IMG/VR virus record: IMGVR_UViG_3300042673_002211
Span: 9,231-73,230 of that record
Reading direction: 5' to 3' (one strand)
DNA length: 64,000 nucleotides
From: a virus
How positions within the stretch are numbered: the stretch's first letter is position 1; every line of letters begins with the position of its first letter. The notes below the pieces were generated by a model, which saw only the letters and a list, made by a program, of their open reading frames with translations, did no database searches and was not told where the DNA came from. The position numbers and the translations under genes were made by a program. Below are positions 20,187 through 29,104 of this stretch, piece after piece.

Positions 20187-20426
20187 ATGACATTTTCAGA
20201 TATTTTCAAAGACAAGAGTGATTTTAACGAAAAAACTATCGTAGGATTTTTATCATTCGCGGTAATGGCAATTTTTGCCGGAGCTGACGTAGTAACGGGT
20301 ATTATGGGTAATCATCTCGTAATCAGTGATACAATTTTTAATTCATTTGTAATCATTACTCTTGGTGCTTTCGGTATTGCTGAAGCAGGTAAGATTTTTG
20401 GTGGAAATAAAAAAGGAGAAGAATAA
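20187..20426 (+). CDS. Small two-TM holin-like protein
   Basis: Two hydrophobic helices and a charged C-terminus; its stop overlaps the endolysin start. Confidence 0.55.
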   Translation: MTFSDIFKDKSDFNEKTIVGFLSFAVMAIFAGADVVTGIMGNHLVISDTIFNSFVIITLGAFGIAEAGKIFGGNKKGEE

Positions 20427-21037
20427 TGAGTTTAAAAAGTTTACAAGAGAAGATCGGAGTAGGCGCAGATGGTGCTTTCGGTCCTGGTACAATGAAAAAA
20501 GCTATGGAGTTTTATAAACTAACTCCAGTAAGAGCAGCACACTTCTTTGCTCAAACAGCTCACGAGACAGGTGGTTTTAAAGCATTTTCAGAGAACCTAA
20601 ACTACTCCGCCCAAGGCCTGCAAGGTATCTTTGGAAAGTATTTCCCAGGTACTCTAGAAGAATCTTATGCTCGCCAACCTGAAAAAATCGCTAACCGTGT
20701 TTACGCATCTCGTATGGGTAACGGAGACGAGACTTCAGGTGATGGTTGGAAGTTTAGAGGTAGAGGAGCTCTACAATTAACAGGTAAAGCCAACTACGAG
20801 GCATTCGCAAAGTACTTAGGTAACGATGAAGTTTTAAAAAATCCAGATACAGTTGCTACAAAATACGCTTTTGAATCAGCAATGTTCTTCTTTGAAAGAA
20901 ATAAGCTATGGGCAATTTGCGATAAAGGTATCAACGATGCTGCTATCTTAGAACTTACAAAACGTATCAACGGTGGTACTCATGGTTTAGAAGACAGAAA
21001 CGCCAAAACTAAAAAGTATTACGAATACGTTAAATAA
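20426..21037 (+). CDS. Endolysin, glycoside hydrolase family 19
   Basis: AHFFAQTAHETGGF...ENLNYS, GDGWKFRGRGALQLTGKANY, TKRINGGTHGL.DR; N-terminal ADGAFGP.T PG-binding-like motif. Confidence 0.95.
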   Translation: MSLKSLQEKIGVGADGAFGPGTMKKAMEFYKLTPVRAAHFFAQTAHETGGFKAFSENLNYSAQGLQGIFGKYFPGTLEESYARQPEKIANRVYASRMGNGDETSGDGWKFRGRGALQLTGKANYEAFAKYLGNDEVLKNPDTVATKYAFESAMFFFERNKLWAICDKGINDAAILELTKRINGGTHGLEDRNAKTKKYYEYVK

Positions 21038-21043
21038 ACTACT

Positions 21044-21481
21044 ATGAAACTAAGCCTCCCACTACTAGCTATCACATCATTTACCGCAGGTATAACCTTT
21101 ATGTGTTCATATTTTATGAATCTAACAATGGCAAATTCTGATCAGTATCTAGCTATAGTGGGAGTAATGTTTTTAGATGGAGTATTTGGTATGATTGCTG
21201 GTACTAGAAGAGAAGGATTCCAAACACGTAAAGCAATTAAAGTACTAAGAAACACCGTTGCGTGGTTAGTTATTTTAACAGTTATTTTAATGGTTGAACA
21301 AGGCTTTGCTGGTACAGCTTGGCTTAGTGAAGTAATTGTAGTACCTTTTATGGTGTTCCAGCTCATAAGTGCACTTAAAAATGCATCTATGGCGGGATTT
21401 ATCCAGATGAGTCTATTAAACCAAATCTTGGATAAAATAGATAAACATAAAGGTATAAGAGATGAAGAACCTAAAGAATAA
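21044..21481 (+). CDS. Putative holin (3-4 TM)
   Basis: Multiple TM helices, D...G motif, L.SALKNAS.AG typical of phage holin family 4; directly after the endolysin. Confidence 0.7.
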   Translation: MKLSLPLLAITSFTAGITFMCSYFMNLTMANSDQYLAIVGVMFLDGVFGMIAGTRREGFQTRKAIKVLRNTVAWLVILTVILMVEQGFAGTAWLSEVIVVPFMVFQLISALKNASMAGFIQMSLLNQILDKIDKHKGIRDEEPKE

Positions 21482-22520
21482 AATATTTCCGCTTTTAATA
21501 GCATTATCTGCCCTGTCAGTTTCTGCTTCTGCCGCTTTCTATTCAGTTAGTGGCCTTAGCAAACTCTTTGCTGGTGCATCACTTGAGGTCATTATTATGG
21601 CTTCTTCGCTTGAGGTAGCTAAACTTGTAATTGCTTCCCTGCTTTATCAATATTGGGATTCCTTAAATAAAGGTTTAAGAGCATACCTAGCAGTAGCAAC
21701 TTGTGTGCTTATATTAATCACCTCAGCAGGTATCTATGGTTTTTTATCGGGAGCGTATCAGGAAACAGCTAATAAAGAAGGTATTGTAACTCAACAAATC
21801 ACTGCTTTGGAAACTAAAAAAGCATTATACGAGGAAACAAGAGATAATTTTTTAGCAGATAGAAAATCAAACAACGAGCTTAGAGGTACACTCTCTAAAG
21901 GTTCAACTACCCAATTTACAGACAAAAATGGTAATCTAGTAGTTAAAACAAATAATTCAGCTATCCGAAACATCGAATCAACAGCTAAAGAAAACGAAAG
22001 ACTAGCCACTAAACTAGATGTTGTAAATGATTCTATATTTTCTCTTGAAACACAAATTCTAGAGGTTAAAGTAAATAGTGAAGCAGCAAGTGAACTAGGA
22101 CCACTTAAATACCTTTCAGAGTTAACTGGGGTAGAGATGAACCGGATTATTAACTGGCTTCTTTTAATAATCATCTTTGTATTTGATCCTCTAGCAATCG
22201 CTCTAGTTATAGCAGCAAACTTTGCTTTTAACCAATTACGTTCTAAAGAAGGATATGACATGTATAAAGATACTCCATTAGAAGAACAAGTAGAAGATAA
22301 TGAAGGAACTGATATCTATACTGAAACAGAATTAGAAGAATTAAAAGATTGGGATGTAACCTTAAATGATGGTTTAGAAGATGAAAAACAACCAAACAAT
22401 CCAGAACCCGAACCAGCTAAACTAGAGGACGATAAACTATTAAATAATTCAGGTATCTCATCTTGGCGTAAGAAAAAATTGCGAGATTATTTAGACGGAA
22501 ATACAAAAACATATTTTTAA
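21462..22520 (+). CDS. Membrane protein with TM hairpins and coiled coil
   Basis: SAAFYSVSGL, LEVAKLV, ITSAGIYGFLS, ELGPLKYL, IIFVFDPLA; ends the lysis operon. Confidence 0.65.
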   Translation: MKNLKNKIFPLLIALSALSVSASAAFYSVSGLSKLFAGASLEVIIMASSLEVAKLVIASLLYQYWDSLNKGLRAYLAVATCVLILITSAGIYGFLSGAYQETANKEGIVTQQITALETKKALYEETRDNFLADRKSNNELRGTLSKGSTTQFTDKNGNLVVKTNNSAIRNIESTAKENERLATKLDVVNDSIFSLETQILEVKVNSEAASELGPLKYLSELTGVEMNRIINWLLLIIIFVFDPLAIALVIAANFAFNQLRSKEGYDMYKDTPLEEQVEDNEGTDIYTETELEELKDWDVTLNDGLEDEKQPNNPEPEPAKLEDDKLLNNSGISSWRKKKLRDYLDGNTKTYF

Positions 22521-22522
22521 AA

Positions 22523-22554
22523 TTTGGAAGCCCGTAAGGGCTTTCGTATATTTA
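22523..22554 (+). promoter_or_regulatory. Bacteroidota-type promoter with a hairpin in its spacer
   Basis: TTTG-N20-TATATTTA; spacer holds AAGCCC-GTAA-GGGCTT (22528-22543). Confidence 0.7.
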
Positions 22555-22574
22555 CCCAAATAAAAAATCAAGTT

Positions 22575-22742
22575 ATGGACCAGAAGGAACAAATGCAATT
22601 GCTAGACGAACTAATGTCAGTTATTCAAATCATGGATGAGCTTTACCGCTACCATCCCGAAAACCCCAACCAAGTAGATGTGGCATCAGAATTCAAGAGG
22701 CTGGCAGAACGCAAAGTCGAAATCGAAGAAAAACTGGGTTAA
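22575..22742 (+). CDS. Small helical hypothetical protein
   Basis: GTTATG start downstream of the promoter (MDQKEQ...). Confidence 0.6.
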   Translation: MDQKEQMQLLDELMSVIQIMDELYRYHPENPNQVDVASEFKRLAERKVEIEEKLG

Positions 22743-22754
22743 TAAGATGCAAGC

Positions 22755-22792
22755 AGAGGAGTTGGTTAACCACTCCTCTCTTCGTACCTTAC
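22755..22792 (+). promoter_or_regulatory. Palindrome overlapping a promoter-like element
   Basis: AGAGGAG-T-TGGTTAACCA-CTCCTCT (22755-22779) overlaps GTTG-N20-TACCTTAC. Confidence 0.55.
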
Positions 22793-22828
22793 GTGAAATA
22801 TTAAAAAATAAACCAGGAACAATCGAGG

Positions 22829-23362
22829 ATGCCTTTTAATTGCTTTTTAGATACATTTATTACTCAACCCGAAGAGGTTGTCGATAAGGAACTATCTAAA
22901 CTCAAACCACTCAATTATAACAAGTTTATGTGGTGGCGTACCCACTCTCAACCTGGTGTACCATTGGGTAAACGCGCTCCATTAAAAGATCGCATTTTAA
23001 ATGGTGATTTTGATTTTTCATGTTACTATTGGCAAGCACAATCTGCTGCGATACAAGCGCGTAAAAAACTCAATTTAGACAAGGATGACTACCAGTCACA
23101 ATACGAAAAAGTTACTGTTGACGTTGCTCGTTATCGTCGTTTGCTAGCTGATTTTGATAAGGAAGAAAATTCTCGTATCGAGGCTTTACTTGATGCGTTT
23201 ACTGTCTCGTTTAAAATCAGTCGCGAAGAGTTACTTGATCGGTTATGTAACTGGTCTTATGATTTGCTATCGTTTTATGAATCGCTTGATGAGTTTGGTA
23301 CTCCAACCTCAACTGAAATTCGTAAACGAGGTCGTCCAAAGAAACTTGCCTACCCCAAATAA
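22829..23362 (+). CDS. Hypothetical protein with C-terminal AT-hook-like motif
   Basis: Ends RKRGRPKK. Confidence 0.6.
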   Translation: MPFNCFLDTFITQPEEVVDKELSKLKPLNYNKFMWWRTHSQPGVPLGKRAPLKDRILNGDFDFSCYYWQAQSAAIQARKKLNLDKDDYQSQYEKVTVDVARYRRLLADFDKEENSRIEALLDAFTVSFKISREELLDRLCNWSYDLLSFYESLDEFGTPTSTEIRKRGRPKKLAYPK

Positions 23363-23376
23363 AATATTTATATTTA
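23345..23376 (+). promoter_or_regulatory. Bacteroidota-type promoter
   Basis: CTTG-N20-TATATTTA; upstream part nearly identical to the 11567 copy (AACTTGsCTACCCCAAAT). Confidence 0.6.
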
Positions 23377-23380
23377 AGTT

Positions 23381-24169
23381 ATGATTAAAGTATCTCACGA
23401 AACCCCCCTATGTTTACTAGGGGATAGTCGTTTATTTAACGACTATGATTATTGTCTCCCACATTTGCTCGATCAAGAGCAAGGATATAAAGACTATTTT
23501 ACAACCTCTAAAGCACAAGGGCGCTATATTATAATGGATAATTCGCTTCATGAATTAGGTGAAGCATACGATAGTGATCGTCTATTATACTGGATTGATC
23601 AGTTACGTCCTAATGAGTTTATTGTTCCTGATGTCTGGGAAAACCGAGACAAATCAGTGGTTAATGCCCGCCAATGGTCTCAGTATAAATTACCTAAAGG
23701 GGTAGAAAAAGTAGCAGTAGTTCAAGCAACCACAATTCATGAAGCATCTACTTGTTACCAAACCTATAAAGATTTAGGTTATAAAAAGATTGCATTCTCG
23801 TATGGCGCTTCCTATTACAATGATGTAGTACCTCACCCTAATAAAAATTTAGGTAAAGCACTTGGTCGCCTATCCGTAATTTCAGCTCTACATAGAACTG
23901 GAACTATTGATTCAAACGATCGTGTACATCTATTGGGATGTCAAGTACCACAAGAATTTGGGTGGTATCGTGGCTTCAATTTTATTGAATCTATTGATAC
24001 ATCTAACCCAGTAATGGCTGCTTTAGAGGGAATGCGTTATTCAAATTCAGGTTTGATTGAAAAACCTAAAGCAAACATGAACGACTATTTCTTTATGTTA
24101 TCTGATCAAGTTGATTATGAACTTTTATCTTATAATCTTCTAAAATTCCGTGAAATCAACGATCTATAA
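23381..24169 (+). CDS. TGT-fold, DpdA-like guanine transglycosylase (putative DNA base exchange)
   Basis: IIMDNSLHE, PDV, VAVVQ, VHLLG, ESIDTS match the TGT barrel motif order; directly upstream of queC. Confidence 0.65.
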   Translation: MIKVSHETPLCLLGDSRLFNDYDYCLPHLLDQEQGYKDYFTTSKAQGRYIIMDNSLHELGEAYDSDRLLYWIDQLRPNEFIVPDVWENRDKSVVNARQWSQYKLPKGVEKVAVVQATTIHEASTCYQTYKDLGYKKIAFSYGASYYNDVVPHPNKNLGKALGRLSVISALHRTGTIDSNDRVHLLGCQVPQEFGWYRGFNFIESIDTSNPVMAALEGMRYSNSGLIEKPKANMNDYFFMLSDQVDYELLSYNLLKFREINDL

Positions 24170-24199
24170 ACCCGACACATTTAAATATTTATAACAAAC

Positions 24200-25030
24200 A
24201 TGGCAAAACACGTAGTAGTTTCATTATCCGGGGGAATGGATTCCTCAACATTATTGCTTAGAGCACTAAGCGAATTTGATACTGTAACAGCAGTATCGTT
24301 TGACTACGGTCAAAAACACCGAGTAGAACTTGATCGAGCACGGACCCTAGTTAACTACTTACTTATTCATAATAAAATAATTAATTATCAAGTAATTAAA
24401 CTTGATGGGTTAGCTGATCTACTTAACTCAGCTTTAGTAACAGGTGGGGGTGAAATACCTGAAGGACACTATGCTGAAGAAAACATGAAAGCAACAGTTG
24501 TTCCTAACCGAAACAAAATCTTCAGTTCAATCACTCAAGCGATTGCTTTATCTATTGCTACTGAGAAAAAAGAAGAATGTTCTATTGCTTTAGGTATTCA
24601 CGCCGGTGATCACGCTATTTATCCTGACTGTCGTCAAGAGTTTCGTGACGCTGATGATCATGCTTTCCGAGTAGGTAACTGGGATAGTGAATTAGTATCA
24701 TACTGGACTCCATATCTTGAAGGCGATAAGTTCACTATCCTGAAAGACGGAGAGAGATTATGTGAAGAACTAGACCTTAATTTTAATCAAATTTATAAAC
24801 GTACTAATACTTCTTATAAACCACTCCAACATACTATTGAAACACACCCTGGATGGACTGAACTAGTATGGTTTAGTGATTATAAGTCAGCTTCTTCAGT
24901 AGAACGAGTTGAAGCATTTATTAAGCTAGGACGTCCTGATCCTGCATCTTATGCAGATGAGACCGGTCCTGTAACTTGGGAACATGTAGTAACAGAAGTA
25001 ACTAAAGTACTAGAAAGTCATGAGCGATAG
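24200..25030 (+). CDS. queC: 7-cyano-7-deazaguanine synthase
   Basis: SLSGGMDSST, FDYGQKH..E, TVVPNRN, HAGDHAIYPDCR.EF. Confidence 0.93.
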   Translation: MAKHVVVSLSGGMDSSTLLLRALSEFDTVTAVSFDYGQKHRVELDRARTLVNYLLIHNKIINYQVIKLDGLADLLNSALVTGGGEIPEGHYAEENMKATVVPNRNKIFSSITQAIALSIATEKKEECSIALGIHAGDHAIYPDCRQEFRDADDHAFRVGNWDSELVSYWTPYLEGDKFTILKDGERLCEELDLNFNQIYKRTNTSYKPLQHTIETHPGWTELVWFSDYKSASSVERVEAFIKLGRPDPASYADETGPVTWEHVVTEVTKVLESHER

Positions 25031-25250
25031 AGATAATTTATATAGAGATATCTTTAATGGTGCAAACAAAAAACACTGGAAAGAAGAACAAAAAAACAAA
25101 AAAATGAAAAAAATCGAAACTTTATTTTTAAAGTATGGACACTGGAGCTTTTTATTTAGCTCACTTTTTGAAGCATCAAGTAATAGTTGGTTAACAGCTG
25201 CTGCTCTTATGTTTCTTTTTATTAATTATCAATATTCAAACAAACAATGA
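25020..25250 (+). CDS. Small membrane protein
   Basis: Two short hydrophobic segments; coupled to neighbours. Confidence 0.5.
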   Translation: MSDRDNLYRDIFNGANKKHWKEEQKNKKMKKIETLFLKYGHWSFLFSSLFEASSNSWLTAAALMFLFINYQYSNKQ

Positions 25251-25522
25251 AACAATTATGGTATTTCTCAGCGGACTGGTGTGGTCCCTGCAAACAATTC
25301 GGTCCTTTAATGGACGAACTCGCTAAACCCTGTTTAGCTAGACCTCAAGGTATATCTATTAAAAGACTTAATATAGATTACACCCCAGATGCAGCTAAAA
25401 TTTATAAAATTCAAAGTGTTCCTACAGTTATTCTAGTGGAAGACGAACAAGAAAAAGCACGCTTTACAGGAACACGTACAATGCAACAAGTAATCGACTT
25501 TTATAACCAAAAGAATGGGTAG
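25247..25522 (+). CDS. Thioredoxin
   Basis: ADWCGPCK, SVPT. Confidence 0.92.
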   Translation: MKQLWYFSADWCGPCKQFGPLMDELAKPCLARPQGISIKRLNIDYTPDAAKIYKIQSVPTVILVEDEQEKARFTGTRTMQQVIDFYNQKNG

Positions 25523-25979
25523 TTTTAGATCCACTAAAGTATTTGATGGCTATTCTACAGTCTTCCGTCAGTGGAAAGCTGAAGGAACTCATTGTCGTTT
25601 CCTACATGGTTACGGGGTAAGCCTTAGAGTATGGTTTGAAGGTGAACTTGACGAACGCAATTGGGTTTGGGATTTTGGAGGCATGAAACGTGCTAAAAAT
25701 ACCATTGATGGTAAAAATCCTAAAGAATGGATGGATTATATGCTAGATCATACCACCATTGTAACGGAGGATGATCCCGAACTAGAAGGATTTAAAGCAA
25801 TGGAACGATTTGGAGTTATCCAACTTCGAATTCTCCCAGCTGTTGGAGCAGAACGTTTTGCTGAATATTTTTATAATAAACTAAATGATTTTGTTCAAAT
25901 TGAAACAGAAGGACGCGTAAAAGTAGTTCAAGTAGAATTCCGCGAAAACGAAAAAAACACAGCATTTTATAAAGGATAA
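25515..25979 (+). CDS. queD: 6-carboxytetrahydropterin synthase
   Basis: HCRFLHGY, WVWDFG, LDH, FRENEKN. Confidence 0.88.
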   Translation: MGSFRSTKVFDGYSTVFRQWKAEGTHCRFLHGYGVSLRVWFEGELDERNWVWDFGGMKRAKNTIDGKNPKEWMDYMLDHTTIVTEDDPELEGFKAMERFGVIQLRILPAVGAERFAEYFYNKLNDFVQIETEGRVKVVQVEFRENEKNTAFYKG

Positions 25980-25981
25980 TT

Positions 25982-26764
25982 ATGGCAATAAAAAGAATAG
26001 AAGACTATAATAAAATTCTACCTATCGTAGAACTATACACTTGTATCCAATCAGAAGGTAGCCGTGCAGGTCGTCCTACTGTTGCTGTCCGCACCACGGG
26101 TTGTACCCACCGCTGTTACTTCGGTGAAGGTGGTTGGTGCGATTCATGGTACACAAGCATTCACCCTGAAAAAGGCAAATACAGCTTCCAGGATATTATT
26201 AATATTTACGATGCTAATCCTGAAATTAAGGAGATGATGCTAACGGGAGGTTCTCCTACTATGCATCCCACTATTGTAAATGAACTAACCCATTTTGCAA
26301 ATGAAAGACAAATCATCATTACTATTGAAACTGAAGGCTCTGCTTTCGTCGAAACAGATTACCCTCTTGGCCTTATTAGCTTCAGCCCTAAATTTAGTAA
26401 TAGCATACCTGTTTTGGGGGCTACTACACCCTTAGGAAGTATTGTAGATCAACGCTTTATTGACACTCATAATCGCTTACGTCTAAATAAAGATTCTATC
26501 AAGCAATCAATGGCTTATCACTCAGATTATCACATGAAAGTAGTAGTTAACCCTGTTGAGCGTCCAGATGTTTGGACTGAAATTAGAGCATTTATGGATG
26601 AACTGGAGGTACCAAAAGACAAGATCTGGATCATGCCCCCGGGTGATAATCGTGAAGAACTAATCCGTGTTTACCCTATGGTGATTAACTGGTGTACTGA
26701 TAATATGTACAACTTCACAGGCCGTGAACACATCATTGCTTTTGATACTAAACGTGAAGTCTAA
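25982..26764 (+). CDS. queE: 7-carboxy-7-deazaguanine synthase (radical SAM)
   Basis: IQSEG..AG.P.V.VRTTGC..RC...WCDSWY, LTGGSP, IETEG, SPK. Confidence 0.92.
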   Translation: MAIKRIEDYNKILPIVELYTCIQSEGSRAGRPTVAVRTTGCTHRCYFGEGGWCDSWYTSIHPEKGKYSFQDIINIYDANPEIKEMMLTGGSPTMHPTIVNELTHFANERQIIITIETEGSAFVETDYPLGLISFSPKFSNSIPVLGATTPLGSIVDQRFIDTHNRLRLNKDSIKQSMAYHSDYHMKVVVNPVERPDVWTEIRAFMDELEVPKDKIWIMPPGDNREELIRVYPMVINWCTDNMYNFTGREHIIAFDTKREV

Positions 26765-26943
26765 TGCCCTACATAATTCTAAAACACACTACTATACAGG
26801 ATACCCCCCGTACTATTTTAGTAAATGATAGCGAGGGTATTGCTATGGAATTTGATTCACTAGATTATGCTCTTAAGCTAACTGAATTATTTCAGGCTAA
26901 TACTGCCTCAGGTAATATTTACGAAGTAAAAGAAATAAAATGA
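26764..26943 (+). CDS. Small hypothetical protein (59 aa, not in track)
   Basis: TAATG coupling to queE; MPYIILKH...EVKEIK; overlaps the next start. Confidence 0.55.
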   Translation: MPYIILKHTTIQDTPRTILVNDSEGIAMEFDSLDYALKLTELFQANTASGNIYEVKEIK

Positions 26944-27122
26944 TACCACACGGATACCTACAAAACCTACATCAACTTTGGGCTCTTAAAGTTCTTGAAC
27001 CAGCTGGAGTTATAGCCGCTATTTATCCTTATGGATATAAGTTAAGTTATCTTAGTTTAGATGGGATAGGGATAGAAAAAGAAAATGAAAAATTTGAATT
27101 TCTTTATGGCAAAAGAATCTGA
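26940..27122 (+). CDS. Small hypothetical protein
   Basis: ATGA-coupled ORF. Confidence 0.5.
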   Translation: MIPHGYLQNLHQLWALKVLEPAGVIAAIYPYGYKLSYLSLDGIGIEKENEKFEFLYGKRI

Positions 27123-27240
27123 AAATATAGTTTGCCACAACTGTTTAGATACTGTGGCTTTTAAAACAGCATTTAGAGTAGAGAGGAATAACTTTGGTAT
27201 TCCTCACTTTGTTTGGATTTGTAAAAAATGTAAAAAATGA
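27106..27240 (+). CDS. 44-aa zinc-finger-like protein (not in track)
   Basis: MAKESENIVCHNC...WICKKCKK; stop overlaps the HPRT start. Confidence 0.55.
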   Translation: MAKESENIVCHNCLDTVAFKTAFRVERNNFGIPHFVWICKKCKK

Positions 27241-27761
27241 TAGAATTATATTCAGCACACGATATAGATATTAAAACTAAAATTATCGCCCAACAAATCT
27301 CTCGAGAACACCAATCCGATTCCACCCCAGTAGTGATGGTAGGGGTATTAAACGGAGCATTTATGTTTTACTCTGATCTAGTTAGCAACATGGACATTGA
27401 TGTAGAATGTGACTTTATTCGAGTTAAATCATATTCAGGTAAAGAACGAGGTAGCATCCAACTAACTAAAGACGTTGAAACATCAATACATGGTAAACAC
27501 GTTTATCTAATAGATGATATTTTCGATTCAGGAGCTACTATGAAATTTTTAGCTAAATATTTTAATTTAAAAGGAGCTAAAACAATTCATATCGTTACTT
27601 TAGTAAAACGAGCTAAAAATGAATTTAAACCTATTGAATCACATAGCTATGTAGCTTCATTTAGGCATGCTTTCGAATGCGAAGACGAATGGTTAATTGG
27701 TTATGGGATGGATTCAACCGGAGGTTATAAAAGAAATTTGAAGTCAATTTTTGCTCTGTAA
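27237..27761 (+). CDS. hpt: Hypoxanthine/guanine phosphoribosyltransferase
   Basis: GVLNGAFMFYSDL, KSYSG, PRPP loop LIDDIFDSGAT, IGYGMD, RNL. Confidence 0.9.
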   Translation: MIELYSAHDIDIKTKIIAQQISREHQSDSTPVVMVGVLNGAFMFYSDLVSNMDIDVECDFIRVKSYSGKERGSIQLTKDVETSIHGKHVYLIDDIFDSGATMKFLAKYFNLKGAKTIHIVTLVKRAKNEFKPIESHSYVASFRHAFECEDEWLIGYGMDSTGGYKRNLKSIFAL

Positions 27762-27780
27762 AGATTGTTTCGTACATTTA
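27750..27780 (+). promoter_or_regulatory. Bacteroidota-type promoter before folE
   Basis: TTTG-N19-TACATTTA. Confidence 0.65.
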
Positions 27781-27795
27781 CGTAAAATAAGTTAT

Positions 27796-28500
27796 ATGGA
27801 AAACATTGAAAATAAACGTCGTAAGAAGTACGACAATATAGAGTGTGTTCAACCCGGCTTTGCCAATGGTGTTGCAGGAGATTTCCCACTCTCGGATGAG
27901 CAAAAACAACAGATGGTAGAAGAGGCAACCGAGCATTTTGGTAAGTTTCTTGATGCTTTAAAATGCGATTGGAGAAACGACCCTAATTCAATGGAAACCC
28001 CCCGTCGCGTAGCTAAAGCATACGTTTACGATTTGTGGAAGGGCCGCTACGAAAAATTCACTGAGATTACTTCATTCCCCTCAGATGGTTATGATGGGAT
28101 TGTTATTGAACGTAACATACCTCTTACCTCTATGTGTTCGCACCATCACCAAACTATTAATGGTGTAGTTCATATAGGATACATTGCAGGTGAAAACGGA
28201 CGAGTTATTGGATTAAGTAAACTAAACCGCATTGTAGAACATTTTGGACGTAGAGGAGCTATTCAAGAGCAACTTACAACAGCTATTCACCAAGCAGTAG
28301 ATAAGGTTTGCGAAGATAATCGGGGTGTAATTGTAACTGTGGTTGCTACTCACTCTTGCGTATCTTGCCGAGGTGTAAAACACCAAGGAGCAGCAATGGT
28401 AACTACTAAAGCCTCTGGAGTGTTTATGGACAATAATAACCAAGCACGTAAAGAATTCTTCGACTCACTTAAAATCAACAACGGACATGTCTCAATTTAA
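27796..28500 (+). CDS. folE: GTP cyclohydrolase I
   Basis: ETPRRVAK, SMCSHH, GLSKLNR, IQEQLT, HSCVSCRGV; ATG at 27796 preferred. Confidence 0.95.
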   Translation: MENIENKRRKKYDNIECVQPGFANGVAGDFPLSDEQKQQMVEEATEHFGKFLDALKCDWRNDPNSMETPRRVAKAYVYDLWKGRYEKFTEITSFPSDGYDGIVIERNIPLTSMCSHHHQTINGVVHIGYIAGENGRVIGLSKLNRIVEHFGRRGAIQEQLTTAIHQAVDKVCEDNRGVIVTVVATHSCVSCRGVKHQGAAMVTTKASGVFMDNNNQARKEFFDSLKINNGHVSI

Positions 28501-29104
28501 AGATTTAATCACTATTGAACTAATTAATAGTTTAGGTAAACTTCGCTCATTCAATGATCGAGATGAAGCCACTCGTAATCCTGAAATGGATTGGGCTGAA
28601 ATTACAGCAGAAAGAATCGCAAATTTATTTAATTCACAATATGTACCATTCGTCAGCGAGGTTGAAGAGTTCAATAGCTTAATGAATAAACCAAACAACT
28701 ATGAACCAGTTATACCAGCCAAACATGAATGGGATTTTATCTACAACTTCATTCTGGAAGAACTTGAGGAGTATAAACATGCTTGCGAAACAGAAAACAT
28801 CGTGGAAGTTTTGGATGCACTGTGTGACATTGCTTACGTATCCATTGGGAATGGTGCTATGCTTCATGGTCTTAAGGATAAAATTTGGCCAGCCTATATG
28901 GAAGTTCAGGCATCAAATCTTTCAAAAGCTTGCTCTACACAAGACGAGGCACAAAAGACTGTTGAAATCCGTTCACAAGAACAAGGCGAAGGCTGTCACT
29001 ATGAACAGGTTGTTGACAAGTATATTGTATATCGTACTCGAGACAGAAAGGTAATGAAATCAGTAAATTACTTCAAACCAGATTTGAAGCAATTTTTTAG
29101 CTAA
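28487..29104 (+). CDS. MazG-like / PRA-PH family NTP pyrophosphohydrolase
   Basis: EELEEY, EVLDALCDIAYV, EVQASNLSK, KVMKS.NYFKPDL. Confidence 0.8.
   Translation: MSQFKDLITIELINSLGKLRSFNDRDEATRNPEMDWAEITAERIANLFNSQYVPFVSEVEEFNSLMNKPNNYEPVIPAKHEWDFIYNFILEELEEYKHACETENIVEVLDALCDIAYVSIGNGAMLHGLKDKIWPAYMEVQASNLSKACSTQDEAQKTVEIRSQEQGEGCHYEQVVDKYIVYRTRDRKVMKSVNYFKPDLKQFFS

Noticed and set aside
23381-28500. tRNA queuosine biosynthesis
   Set aside because: No queF, queA, queG/H or tRNA genes seen; the TGT-fold protein is short and lacks the zinc-binding motif of tRNA TGTs.
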